64,000 bases of DNA from Eledone cirrhosa. Its lineage: Eukaryota. Positions 1 to 14,060 of this stretch are shown here, in pieces; the first letter of the stretch is position 1, and the number at the start of each line of letters is the position of its first letter. A model generated the notes under the pieces. It saw only the letters and a program-made list of their open reading frames with translations, had not been told where the DNA came from and searched no databases. The position numbers were made by a program, and so were the translations under genes. The stretch covers positions 6,557-70,556 of the forward strand of contig CAXHJY010000472.1 of NCBI GenBank assembly GCA_964016885.1, given 5' to 3'.

Positions 1-195
1 ATGTACACACACATAGAAATATTTACGCATACACACATACACACATACATATAAAGTCATACACACACATACACCTACACGAACATACACATACACATAT
101 ATAAAGATATATATACACACACACACACACAACACATACACACATACACATATATATAAAAAATAAATAATAAAGATATATACATATATATATAC

Positions 196-240
<45 letters not shown>

Positions 241-595
241 CACCTAAATATACATACACATACATACACACATACATAGACATACATGTACATACATACA
301 CGTACATCGATATACATACATATATATATACACACATAGACATATACATACATACACACACAACTTACATACACACATATATATACATGTATATTCATAC
401 ATAGAATTAGATATATAATCATACATACATATGCACTTACTTATACTCATATATACAAATACATACGCATCCATATATGCGTATATACATAAAAACACCA
501 CTACAACCTCACATAACTCAGACATACAAATAAAAATAATAATAAAAAGGCATATGTATATACATATATACACGCATTAATAGAGATATATATAT

Positions 596-648
<53 letters not shown>

Positions 649-750
649 CATACACACATACATTCATACATATATATATATAGATACCCACACACTCATA
701 CCACCATAAATACACATACAAACACCCACATATACATATATATACACACG

Positions 751-782
<32 letters not shown>

Positions 783-899
783 TAAAAAACAGACATGCAC
801 ATATATATATATTTTTTTACACTTATATATACACATATTATATACACATACACAACCTCACATATACACACATACACATAAGTTATATTATAATAATAA

Positions 900-964
<65 letters not shown>

Positions 965-1028
965 CATATAAACATATACATACATATATACACACATACA
1001 AATATAGACATATATTCACACATAGACA

Positions 1029-1096
<68 letters not shown>

Positions 1097-4000
1097 TATA
1101 CACAGACACATATACACACTCACATATATATGTGTGTGCACACACACATATATACACACATACATATATATATATATACATACACATATACATATACACA
1201 TTCACATACACATACATATATACATGCATATATACACATATATACATACATACACACACTCATATATACACACACAATCTTACATTCATATTTGCATGCG
1301 CATATATGTATTTTTATATTTAGATATAAATACCCAAACCTATATAGACACCTACCTACATATATATTCATACATACACGCTTACAAATACAGATGATAA
1401 TAGTATGGGGAAAGGGGGGGTTTGGAGAAGGGGATCATAGTAAATATATGTTTCAAGAAACATAGAATATTTTCCGTATCTTTATCCAATGTATGTTTTT
1501 ACATAGTTTCAGTGTTAGGAAATACAACAAACAAGAACTAAGGCAAAATCTATGCATCTCAAAATAAACAAGTATACCATTAACTATATGTTAACTAAAC
1601 CAAAGATAGTTAACATATTGATTTCTAAGGTGTAAATTAGTTAGGTTTATAATATTTGAAGCAGAATTTTGAAGTTAAATAGTAGTAGAGTATTAATTAT
1701 AGTATAACTAAATTAAAGTTAATAACGTTATGGTATCAATATTAGGAAATGAATTTAGTAATAGGGAAAAAACAAATAAAATAAAGTATTACATCGGTAG
1801 TAGAATATAAATTATAGGTTAACTAAATTAAAAATTATATATTTATTTCTATAGTATATGTTAATTAGGTATATAATACATAAAGCAGATATTGTATTTT
1901 ATCAATAGCATAATATAATTATATGCAAATAGAAATCAAAATTAATACATATACATATACATACACATACATATATACATATATATACACATATATATAT
2001 ATACATATATACACATATACATACACACACACATACACATACACATATACATATACATATCTTTTTCAAAAAATTGCATAGAATATATTAACTAGGTATA
2101 TATCCAAAACACATCCCATTCTATGATTACATGACATTCTGCAATTCGTCTGTATAAGGATATTAATTTTAAGCAAATTAAAATTAAATTTTTAGGTTGA
2201 TTAAAATTAAAACCAAATTATAAATATATTTCTAAAATGTATATTAATTAGGTCTATAATACTAAAAATTATTTCTCTGTCATTGGATACACGATATTAT
2301 TTTGTTATATTTTATCTGTAAAAGAATTATAATAAAAGGTTTAAATAAATTAAAATTAATCTATAAATTAAATTACTAAGTATATATTAGTAATATTTAA
2401 AGGTTTTTCACAATTTATGATTACATAATATTTTATATTCTCATCTGTAATAAAATTTTAATTAAATTAAATTTATAGGTTAACTAACATTTAAATTAAA
2501 TTAATTTCTAAAATAATGTTATTAATTAGGTTTATAATATTTAAATGTTTTTTTTAGTTTATGATTACACGATATAATTAATTCCTGTCGTTTATTTAAT
2601 AAGATATCCTTAGACTTCATTATTTCAAATAGTTCTTGGGAACATAATCTACATTCATTTCTATTATTTTGATAAGGGGTGGCTCTTTTGAGCACACTCC
2701 AGGTCAAATCATATTCTATATTCTTATTTTTATAACTATTGATTTTTTCTGCTAGAGATGTTGTATTAGCCAGTGCGGCATTTTTAAAACTATGCTTGTG
2801 GGTATTAAACCTTGTCTTAAAATTATTAGAGGTAGCTCCTATATATGAGCAAATAGAATCTTTAGTTTTAACATTACATTTATAGACTATGTTGTTAACA
2901 AGACAATTCCCTTTTAATGGGCAGTTTGCTTTGTTTCTACAGTTACATCCTTTCGTTAATTCTGTATTTGAGGAGATATTATGGTTAATTTGATGTACTG
3001 GTGGTATACTTATGGTTTTCTTACATTTATATGCATTATATGCACTTATATTTTGTTTTATGTTATTTGTTGTAGAGTATGAGAATTTAACTGTAGACCT
3101 ATTTAAGATTTGATGGTATTTGTGGTTTGGCGGGAAGTTTTTCTCAAGGATATAAAAAAATTTTTTAGCAATATTATCCTTAACTTGTAAATTAAAAGGA
3201 GCATTATACCAAGTAACCCGTCTATTACGGTTTCTATGTTGTTTATTATTTTTATTATTTTTATAGGTTGTATCGTGATTTTTACTAGGAGGATTAATGT
3301 TAATGATCTCACCACAACTATTTTTAGTTATATTTGTAGATTTAGGTGTTTTATCCTTTTTATTAGGAGTTTTATTATTAATATTTATTAGAGTTGTATG
3401 ATGAGTAGTTTTTTGAGAGTTACTATACTTTATATTAGAAGATTTGGTATTTTGGGGTATAGTGTGGGTGGCATTTATGTGTGTACTTTTCATTTGGTGT
3501 TTGTTGGTAATATTATGTTGTATGCTTTCAGTATTTTTAGTAGAAGGTATATACTCTAATCTATTTTTGTGGCCACTTCTATCTAGAGCTTCGTTATAGA
3601 AGGTCGCATTTTTATCAAATACATCTTGGTTAGAAGAAAGGTTAGAAATTCTAAGTGATATATTATATGCAAGGTTTTTAAGGATAGATTTAGGGTGATT
3701 AGATTGTGAGTGTATGTAATGTAAGTTTTGGTTAGGTTTATGGTAAGGTTGGTAGATACCCGTAGCTAAATCTAAAGTTATATCTAGGAAATTTACTACT
3801 TTACTTGTTTTTTCAAAAGTAATATTAAGATTATAATAGTCTTTAAGGAAAGTTCTAATATGTTTTTTGTTTTTTTCAATTTCTGAAAGGCTAAGGTTGT
3901 TAGAAAGAAGAAGACAGTCATCACGGTATAAACCACCTTTGAGGTGGGGAAAAGAGGCATTTATGTTGAAAAGGAGAAAGAGGCCCACAAGATCAGTAAT

Positions 4001-4116
4001 TTGGGCGGAATCGCTTGAACCCATAGTAATATCAAAAAGATTACTATATGTGTTTCTGGTCCAGTATTCATTCTGAAATTCAATAAGTGTTAGTCTAGCA
4101 TGTGTAATAATATTAA
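1..4116 (-). mobile_element. PLE (Naiad-like) copy A, 5'-truncated inside RT, runs off the window start
   Basis: Reverse complement is near-identical to copy C from ~12470 onward (ORF, AT-rich 3' UTR, compound microsatellite). Confidence 0.92.
2522..4116 (-). CDS. 5'-truncated PLE ORF: RT palm/thumb, linker, GIY-YIG endonuclease
   Basis: Open frame with TMGSSDSAQITDLVG, GGLYRDDCL, VNFLDITLDL, GCNCRNKANCPLKGNC, IVYKC..SYIG, FKTRFNTH, CRLCSQE and LLNKRQE. The first ~37 aa of the track ORF (4117-4228) are antisense pLTR sequence and are excluded. Confidence 0.9.
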
Positions 4117-4533
4117 CAGAGACATTAACCTTGAAATTTTGTATTTGCATCCATCCTTTTAGTATGCGTATACAAATTATACATACATTTTTGTAAAATA
4201 TGTGTAAGGGTTTTACATGTATATACACACACCGAACTGCATTTAACCCTTTGTGTTTTCATTGGTCAATTTTGTTCCCAAACGGACCTGAAATTTTGAA
4301 TTGTTGTTATTATCAATAAATATACTTCATTATTTCTGAAGACGGCGTATATATGTGTTGGTATGTATATTTAATCTTGATAATTTGTATAATTTTGTAT
4401 AATTTTGTACATAGATCTGTTGAATATGCATACCAATTCTAACACATATATATCCTAGAAACGATCGTTAAATAATGAACTTTTTTTGTTTAATATAAGG
4501 AATTGTTTATTCATTATTTGTTTAATATTTTAT
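4117..4533 (+). mobile_element. Inverted pLTR fragment of the same PLE fused to the 5' end of copy A
   Basis: Matches ~10927-11334 of copy C and ends at aatattttat running into (TA)n. Confidence 0.9.
4326..4479 (+). ncRNA. Type I hammerhead ribozyme in PLE pLTR (long helix II)
   Basis: ttcattattt-CTGAAGA-[115-nt hairpin]-GAAA-cgatcg-tt-aaataatgaa. Perfect 10-bp helix I, palindromic minimal helix III, predicted GUU cleavage after 4469. Confidence 0.8.
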
Positions 4534-4550
4534 ATATATTTATATATATT

Positions 4551-4585
<35 letters not shown>

Positions 4586-4602
4586 ATATATTTATATATA
4601 TT

Positions 4603-4737
<135 letters not shown>

Positions 4738-4782
4738 TAAACAAATAATGAATAAACAATTCCTTATATTAAACAAAAAAAG

Positions 4783-4937
4783 TTCATTATTTAACGATCG
4801 TTTCTAGGATATATATGTGTTAGAATTGGTATGCATATTTAACAGATCTATGTACAAAATTATACAAAATTATACAAATTATCAAGATTAAATATACATA
4901 CCAAACACATATATACGCCGTCTTCAGAAATAATGAA
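4783..4937 (-). ncRNA. Hammerhead ribozyme, pLTR of copy B
   Basis: Reverse complement of the motif at 4326-4479. Confidence 0.8.
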
Positions 4938-5623
4938 GTATATTTATTGATAATAACAACAATTCAAAATTTCAGTTCAAAATTGACCAATGAAAACACA
5001 AAGGGTTAAATGCAGTTCGGTGTGTGTATATACATGTAAAACCCTTACACATATTTTACAAAAATGTATGTATAATTTGTATACGCATACTAAAAGGATG
5101 GATGCAAATACAAAATTTCAAGGTTAATGTCTCTGTAAGCTTACAATGCGCAGATAAGATGCGTATTGACACTTATGAAGTCAAGTATATAAATATATTT
5201 TTTCATACTCACACATATCCGTACAATCACACATACACGCGCGTATATGCATAAATATACACATAACCACGAACATACAAACACACACACACCCCCACTC
5301 ACATTTATATATGTGGATATAAAATCATAAGCACATGGATATTAATTCACTCACATAAAACACTGGCACACACATTTTTAGATCAAGATACAGAAATTAG
5401 GTGGGAGGGGGGGGGGAGGGGTCAGTATTCAACTGTCTGAGCAGACTGCCTAATATAAATGTATCTATAAACTAAGAAAGATAAAAAAATAAAACAATAA
5501 AATATAATAAATAAAACATTAAAGAGGAAAGAATAGAAAGAAAAACAGAAAAAAGAAAAAAGAAAAAAGAAAAAAGAAATATATCAAGAAAATAAATATA
5601 TATATATATATATACACATATAT

Positions 5624-5668
<45 letters not shown>

Positions 5669-6241
5669 TACATATATATATATACAAAAACATATATATA
5701 TATACACATAGACACACACATATCCATACATAAATATACACACATATATAAACACATACATACATATACACACATCCACACTAAGAACATACATATACAC
5801 ACATATATAAACATATACATATACACACATACATACATATACACATATACATACAAATACACATACATATATATATACACATACATATATACACACATAT
5901 ATATACATACATATACATATATATATGTACATACACGTACATATACACACACATATACATATAATTACACATACTATATAGACACAGATATATATAACCA
6001 CACACATACATGCACATATACAACACTTACATACTAATATACATACAGATATACACATACATAGCTATATATACACACAAATATATACAGACTTACATAT
6101 ATACACATACAGACAAATACTTACGCATCTATATATCGGTATATACATACAAACACCACTACACTATCACACAGCTTAGAAATACAAAGAGAAAGGTATA
6201 TACCTATACACACATACATATACAAATAGAAAAACATATAG

Positions 6242-6272
<31 letters not shown>

Positions 6273-6305
6273 CACACACATATACATATAGATATATATA
6301 TATAT

Positions 6306-6347
<42 letters not shown>

Positions 6348-6585
6348 CAAATACACATACATACACATACAGATATATACACATACATACATGTACACAC
6401 ACATAGAAATGTTTACGCATATACACATATACACATACATATACAGTCATACACACACATACACCTACACGAACATACACATACACATATATAAAGATAT
6501 ATATATACACACACACACACGCAACACATACACACATACACATATATATAAAAAATAAATAATAAAGATATATACATATATATAT

Positions 6586-6640
<55 letters not shown>

Positions 6641-7326
6641 CACCTAAATATACATACACATACATACACACATACATAGACATACATGTACATACATATA
6701 CGTACATCGATATACATATATATATATATATATATACACACACATAGACATATAGATACATACACACACAACTTACATACACACATATATATACATGTAT
6801 ATTCATACATAGAATTAGATATATAATCATACATACATATGCACTTACTTATACTCATATATACAAATACATACGCATCCATATATGCGTATATACATAA
6901 AAAACCACTACAACCTCACCTAACTCAGACATACAAATAAAAATAATAATAAAAAGGCATATGTATATACATACACACACGCATTAATAGAGATATATAT
7001 ATACACACATACATACACATATATATATATATATATATATACACATACATATATATATATATATACACACATACACTCATACATATATATATATATATAC
7101 ACATAGATATCCACACACTCATACCACCATAAATACACATACAAACACCCACATATACATATATATACACACGTATATATATATATATATATATACACAC
7201 ACATAAAAAACAGACATGCACATATATATATATTTTTTTACACTTATATATACACATATTATATACACATACACAACCTCACTTATACACATATACACAT
7301 AAGTTATATTATAATAATAAAGAATA

Positions 7327-7373
<47 letters not shown>

Positions 7374-7463
7374 CATACATACATACATATACATACATAC
7401 ATATAAACATATACATACATAAATACACACATACGAATATAGACATATATTCACACATAGACA

Positions 7464-7542
<79 letters not shown>

Positions 7543-8661
7543 ATATACACAGACACATATACACACTCACATATATACATGTGTGTGTGTGCACACACAC
7601 ATATATACACACACACACACACATACACATAAACACATACATATGCATACATGCACACACACACACATATATCACATAGATACGAAGATAGACATATAAA
7701 TAGAGAGACATACATATATATACAACACACATACACACACATACATACACACGCATATACATATACATATATATATACATATATATATTCCTACATATAC
7801 ATGCATACATATATATACACATATATACACATACATACACATATACGTACACACATTCACATACACATACATATATACATGCATATATACTCATATATAC
7901 ATACATACACACACTCATATATACACACACAATCTTACATTCATATTTGCATGCGCATATATGTATTTTTATATTTAGATATAAATACCCAAACCTATAT
8001 AGACACCTACCTACATATATATTCATACATAGACGCTTACAAATACAGATGATAATAGTATGGGGGAAAGGGGGGGGGTTTGGAGAAGGGGATCAAAGTA
8101 AATATATGTTTCAAGAAACATAGAATATTTTCTGTATCTTTATCCAATGTATGTTCTTACATATTTTCAGTGTTAGGAAATACAAGAAACAAGAACTAAG
8201 GCAAAATCTATGCATCTCAAAATAAACAAGTATACCATTAATCATATGTTAAACTAAACCAAAGATAGTCAACATATTGATTTCTAAGGTGTAAATTAGT
8301 TAGGTTTATAATATTTGAAGCAGAATTTTGAAGTTAAACAGTAGTAGAGTATTAATTACAGTATAACTAAATTAAAGTTAATAACGTTATGGTATCAATA
8401 TTAGGAAATGAATTTAGTAATAGGGAAAAAAAACACAAATAAAAATAAAATAAAGTATTACATCGGAAGTAGAATATAAATTATAGGTTAACTAAATTAA
8501 AAATTGTATATTTATTTCAATAGTATATGTTAATTAGGTATACAATACATAAAGCAGATATTGTATTTCATCAATAGCATAATATAATTATATGCAAATA
8601 GAAATCAAAATTAATACGCATACATATACATATACATACACATACATATATACATATATAT

Positions 8662-8706
<45 letters not shown>

Positions 8707-9225
8707 TACATACACATATACATACACACACACACATACACATACACATATACATATACATATCTTTATCAAAAAATTGCATAGAATATATTAACTAGGT
8801 ATATATCCAAAACACATCCCATTCTATGATTACATGACATTCTGCAATTCGTCTGTATAAGGATACTAATTTTAAGCAAATTAAAATTAAAATTTTTAGG
8901 TTGATTAAAACTAAAACCAAATAATAAATATATTTCTAAAATGTATATTAATTAGGTCTATAATACTAAAAATTATTTCTCTGTCATTGGATACACGATA
9001 TTATTTTGTTATATTTTATCTGTAAAAGAATTATAATAAAAGGTTTAAATAAATTTAAATTAATCTATAAATTAAATTACTAAGTATATATTAGTAATAT
9101 TTAAAGGTTTTTCACAATTTATGATTACATAATATTTTATATTCTCATCTGTAATAAAATTTTAATTAAATTAAATTTATAGGTTAACTAACATTTAAAT
9201 TAAATTAATTTCTAAAATAATGTTA

Positions 9226-10735
9226 TTAATTAGGTTTATAATATTTAAATGTTTTTTTTAGTTTATGATTACACGATATAACTAATTCCTGTCGTTTATT
9301 TAATAAGATATCCTTAGACTTCATTATTTCAAATAGTTCTTGGGAACATAATCTACATTCATTTCTATTATTTTGATAAGGGGTGGCTCTTTTGAGCACA
9401 CTCCAGGTCAAATCATATTTTATATTCTTATTTTTATAACTATTGATTTTTTCTGCTAGAGATGTTGTATTAGCCAGTGCGGCATTTTTAAAACTATGCT
9501 TGTGGGTATTAAACCTTGTCTTAAAATTGTTAGAGGTAGCTCCTATATATGAGCAAATAGAATCTTTAGTTTTAACATTACATTTATAGACTATGTTGTT
9601 AACAAGACAATTCCCTTTTAATGGGCAGTTTGCTTTGTTTCTACAGTTACATCCTTTCGTTAATTCTGTATTTGAGGAGATATTATGGTTAATTTGATGT
9701 ACTGGTGGTATACTTATGGTTTTCTTACATTTATATGCATTATATGCACTTATATTTTGTTTTATGTTATTTGTTGTAGAGTATGAGAATTTAACTTTAG
9801 ACCTATTTAAGATTTGATGGTATTTGTGGTTTGGTGGGAAGTTTTTCTCAAGGATATAAAAAATTTTTTTAGCAATATTATCCTTAACTTGTAAATTAAA
9901 AGGAGCATTATACCAAGTAACCCGTCTATTACGGTTTCTATGTTGTTTATTATTTTTATTATTTTTATAGGTTGTATCGTGATTTTTACTAGGAGGATTA
10001 ATGTTAATGATCTCACCACAACTATTTTTAGTTATATTTGTAGATTTAGGTGTTTTATCCTTTTTATTAGGAGTTTTATTATTAATATTTATTAGAGTTG
10101 TATGATGAGTAGTTTTTTGAGAGTTACTATACTTTATATTAGAAGATTTGGTATTTTGGGGTATAGTGTGGGTGGCATTTATGTGTGTACTTTTCATTTG
10201 GTGTTTGTTGGTAATATTATGTTGTATGCTTTCAGTATTTTTAGTAGAAGGTATATACTCTAATCTATTTTTGTGGCCACTTCTATCTAGAGCTTCGTTA
10301 TAGAAGGTCGCATTTTTATCAAATACATCTTGGTTAGAAGAAAGGTTAGAAATTCTAAGTGATATATTATATGCAAGGTTTTTAAGGATAGATTTAGGGT
10401 GATTAGATTGTGAGTGTATGTAATGTAAGTTTTGGTTAGGTTTATGGTAAGGTTGGTAGATACCCGTAGCTAAATCTAAAGTTATATCTAGGAAATTTAC
10501 TACTTTACTTGTTTTTTCAAAAGTAATATTAAGATTATAATAGTCTTTAAGGAAAGTTCTAATATGTTTTTTGTTTTTTTCAATTTCTGAAAGGCTAAGG
10601 TTGTTAGAAAGAAGAAGACAGTCATCACGGTATAAACCACCTTTGAGGTGGGGAAAAGAGGCATTTATGTTGAAAAGGAGAAAGAGGCCCACAAGATCAG
10701 TAATTTGGGCGGAATCGCTTGAACCCATAGTAATA
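9226..10735 (-). CDS. 5'-truncated PLE ORF (RT C-terminal half + GIY-YIG), open for 500 aa
   Basis: ORF track 9226-10728 has the same motifs as copy A with a few substitutions. Confidence 0.9.
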
Positions 10736-11125
10736 TGATTTTATATCCACATATATAAATGTGAGTGGGGGTGTGTGTGTGTTTGTATGTTCGTGGTTAT
10801 GTGTATATTTATGCATATACGCGCGTGTATGTGTGATTGTACGGATATGTGTGAGTATGAAAAAATATATTTATATACTTGACTTCATAAGTGTCAATAC
10901 GCATCTTATCTGCGCATTGTAAGCTTACAGAGACATTAACCTTGAAATTTTGTATTTGCATCCATCCTTTTAGTATGCGTATACAAATTATACATACATT
11001 TTTGTAAAATATGTGTAAGGGTTTTACATGTATATACACACACCGAACTGCATTTAACCCTTTGTGTTTTCATTGGTCAATTTTGAACTGAAATTTTGAA
11101 TTGTTGTTATTATCAATAAATATAC

Positions 11126-11280
11126 TTCATTATTTCTGAAGACGGCGTATATATGTGTTTGGTATGTATATTTAATCTTGATAATTTGTATAATTTTGTA
11201 TAATTTTGTACATAGATCTGTTAAATATGCATACCAATTCTAACACATATATATCCTAGAAACGATCGTTAAATAATGAA
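11126..11280 (+). ncRNA. Hammerhead ribozyme, 5' pLTR of copy C
   Basis: Same helix I / CTGAAGA / long helix II / GAAACGATCGTT motif. Confidence 0.8.
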
Positions 11281-11625
11281 CTTTTTTTGTTTAATATAAG
11301 GAATTGTTTATTCATTATTTGTTTAATATTTTATCTTGACTCTGTATACCGTTTATCTTTCACCGAAAGTGGTTTTTCATTACATCTCTTGTTTCCATGA
11401 TATCCGGAATACATTGAGTTCTTCATACGATTGGACACTACCGTAAACTCTTGGTAGATTTATCTACATAATTTTGCTCCTATTTTCACGGAAATATTCG
11501 TATTTTTGTACTGTATGTGTGTATTAATTTTATATTTATGTATAAACATATATATATATGTATGATTTTGTAAAACCCATATACATTTAGTTGAGCTCTT
11601 TCAATTGTCCATCATCCATATCACA

Positions 11626-14060
11626 ATGGAAAAACAATATTTAGGAACCTCCTAAAAAACATACCAATACCTTCTAAGGATGACTTCTTACTCCTTATGA
11701 TTCAGAAAACTAATAATTTTATCAGAAGGGTTAGATGGAGAGCCTACCACTTCGATAGAAAATCTAAACAAGCAGATCGGAAATATATGTATGATTTCAA
11801 TACTTACAAGAATCCACCACACAACTTTTTACTTGAAGACTTCGAGAAAGACCTTTTAATTTAATTAAACACCTCAAATTTAAAAAGTATAAATCCGTCT
11901 TTCAAAAGGACCTTGATTCTACCCTATTGGACCTAAAAAGTCTAAAAAAATCCATGTCCACTCGGACAAACTGGTAACTTGTATCATATGGATATTGAAC
12001 ATTATAACGAGTTCATATATAAAGAACTCAGAAAAAATTATAAAAATCTAATAATGTGTCACTCACCAACATCAACAACAAAACACACAACATAGTAAAA
12101 AAACTAAACATTGAAGATAGAACTGAACCTTTGGCATTGAAAAGACCACACTTCAACTTGAAAGATCACAAATCTAACTTTAACTCAAATCCTTCTATTA
12201 GACTTATATGTCCCTCCAAATCAGATATTGGAATAATTAGCAAAAAAATTTTAGATAGAGTCATCCCACAAATAAGAAAACACGTTATTTTACCACTCTG
12301 GGAAAACACCTCCCAGGTAATTAACTGGTTTAAAAATATTAGGTGTAAATCTTCTGCTTCTTTCCTACAATTTGATATAGATAATTACTATTCTTCTATA
12401 TCACCTATACTCCTGAACAAAGCATTGATATTTGCTAAAAATAGATCTAACTTAACTTTGGATGACATTAACATTATTACACATGCTAGACTAACACTTA
12501 TTGAATTTCAGAATGAATACTGGACCAGAAACACATACAGTAATCTTTTTGATATTACTATGGGTTCAAGCGATTCCGCCCAAATTACTGATCTTGTGGG
12601 CCTCTTTCTCCTTTTCAACATAAATGCCTCTTTTCCCCACCTCAAAGGTGGTTTATATCGTGATGACTGTCTTCTTCTTTCTAACAACCTTAGCCTTTCA
12701 GAAATTGAAAAAAACAAAAAACATATTAGAACTTTCCTTAAAGACTATTATAATCTTAATATTACTTTTGAAAAAACAAGTAAAGTAGTAAATTTCCTAG
12801 ATATAACTTTAGATTTAGCTACGGGTATCTACCAACCTTACCATAAACCTAACCAAAACTTACATTACATACACTCACAATCTAATCACCCTAAATCTAT
12901 CCTTAAAAACCTTGCATATAATATATCACTTAGAATTTCTAACCTTTCTTCTAACCAAGATGTATTTGATAAAAATGCGACCTTCTATAACGAAGCTCTA
13001 GATAGAAGTGGCCACAAAAATAGATTAGAGTATATACCTTCTACTAAAAATACTGAAAGCATACAACATAATATTACCAACAAACACCAAATGAAAAGTA
13101 CACACCTAAATGCCACCCACACTATACCCCAAAATACCAAATCTTCTAATATAAAGTATAGTAACTCTCAAAAAACTACTCATCATACAACTATAATAAA
13201 TATTAATAATAAAACTCCTAATAAAAAGGATAAAAACACCTAAATCTACAAATATAACTAAAAATAGTTGTGGTGAGATCATTAACATTAATCCTCCTAG
13301 TAAAAATCACGATACAACCTATAAAAATAAATAAAATAATAAACAACATAGAAACCGTAATAGACGGGTTACTTGGTATAATGCTCCTTTTAATTACAAG
13401 TTAAGGATAATATTGCTAAAAAATTTTTTTTATATCCTTGAGAAAAACTTCCCACCAAACCACAATACCATCAAATCTTAAATAGGTCTACAGTAAATTC
13501 TCATACTCTACAACAAATAACATAAAACAAAATATAAGTGCATATAATGCATATAAATGTAAGAAAACCATAAGTATACCACAGTACATCAAATTAACCA
13601 TAATATCTCCTCAAATACAGAATTAACGAAAGGATGTAACTGTAGAAACAAAGCAAACTGCCCATTAAAAGGGAATTGTCTTGTTAACAACATAGTCTAT
13701 AAATGTAATGTTAAAACTAAAGATTCTATTTGCTCATATATAGGAGCTACCTCTAACAATTTTAAGACAAGGTTTAATACCCACAAGCATAGTTTTAAAA
13801 TTGCCGCACTGGCTAATACAACATCTCTAGCAGAAAAAATCAATAGTTATAAAAATAAGAATATAAAATATGATTTGACCTGGAGTGTGCTCAAAAGAGC
13901 CACCCCTTATCAAAATAATAGAAATGAATGTAGATTATGTTCCCAAGAACTATTTGAAATAATGAAGTCTAGGATATCTTATTAAATAAACGACAGGAAT
14001 TAGTTATATCGTGTAATCATAAACTAAAAAAAAACATTTAAATATTATAAACCTAATTAA
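11626..14060 (+). pseudogene. Full-length PLE ORF (~810 aa reconstructed; N-terminal domain, RT, linker, GIY-YIG) broken by several 1-bp indels
   Basis: Manual translation across frameshifts: MEKQYLGTS/KNIPIPSKDDFLLLMIQKTNNFIRRVRWRAYHF..., SDK/TGNLY, FLQFDIDNYYSSI, YRDD, then GIY-YIG. The KNIP...RW(R/K)A, DKT, YRDD and CxCR...CPL motifs match my recollection of Naiad-group PLEs. Indels sit mostly in homopolymers and may be sequencing errors. Confidence 0.85.

Noticed and set aside
4117-4228. N-terminus MYIHVKPLH... of the 568-aa ORF and the repeated 76-aa ORF (5024, 10809, 17978)
   Set aside because: Antisense reading of the pLTR, fused in frame by the inversion junction. It starts at GTG and is altered in copies D and E.
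5399-5422. G-rich runs (possible G-quadruplex) in PLE copies
   Set aside because: They lie on the antisense strand of the element and vary between copies; no further support.
11626-14060. Selenoprotein-type Naiad (in-frame UGA plus SECIS)
   Set aside because: Some Naiads are reported to encode selenocysteine, but I found no in-frame TGA in the reconstructed ORF, and the Cys motifs use normal codons.
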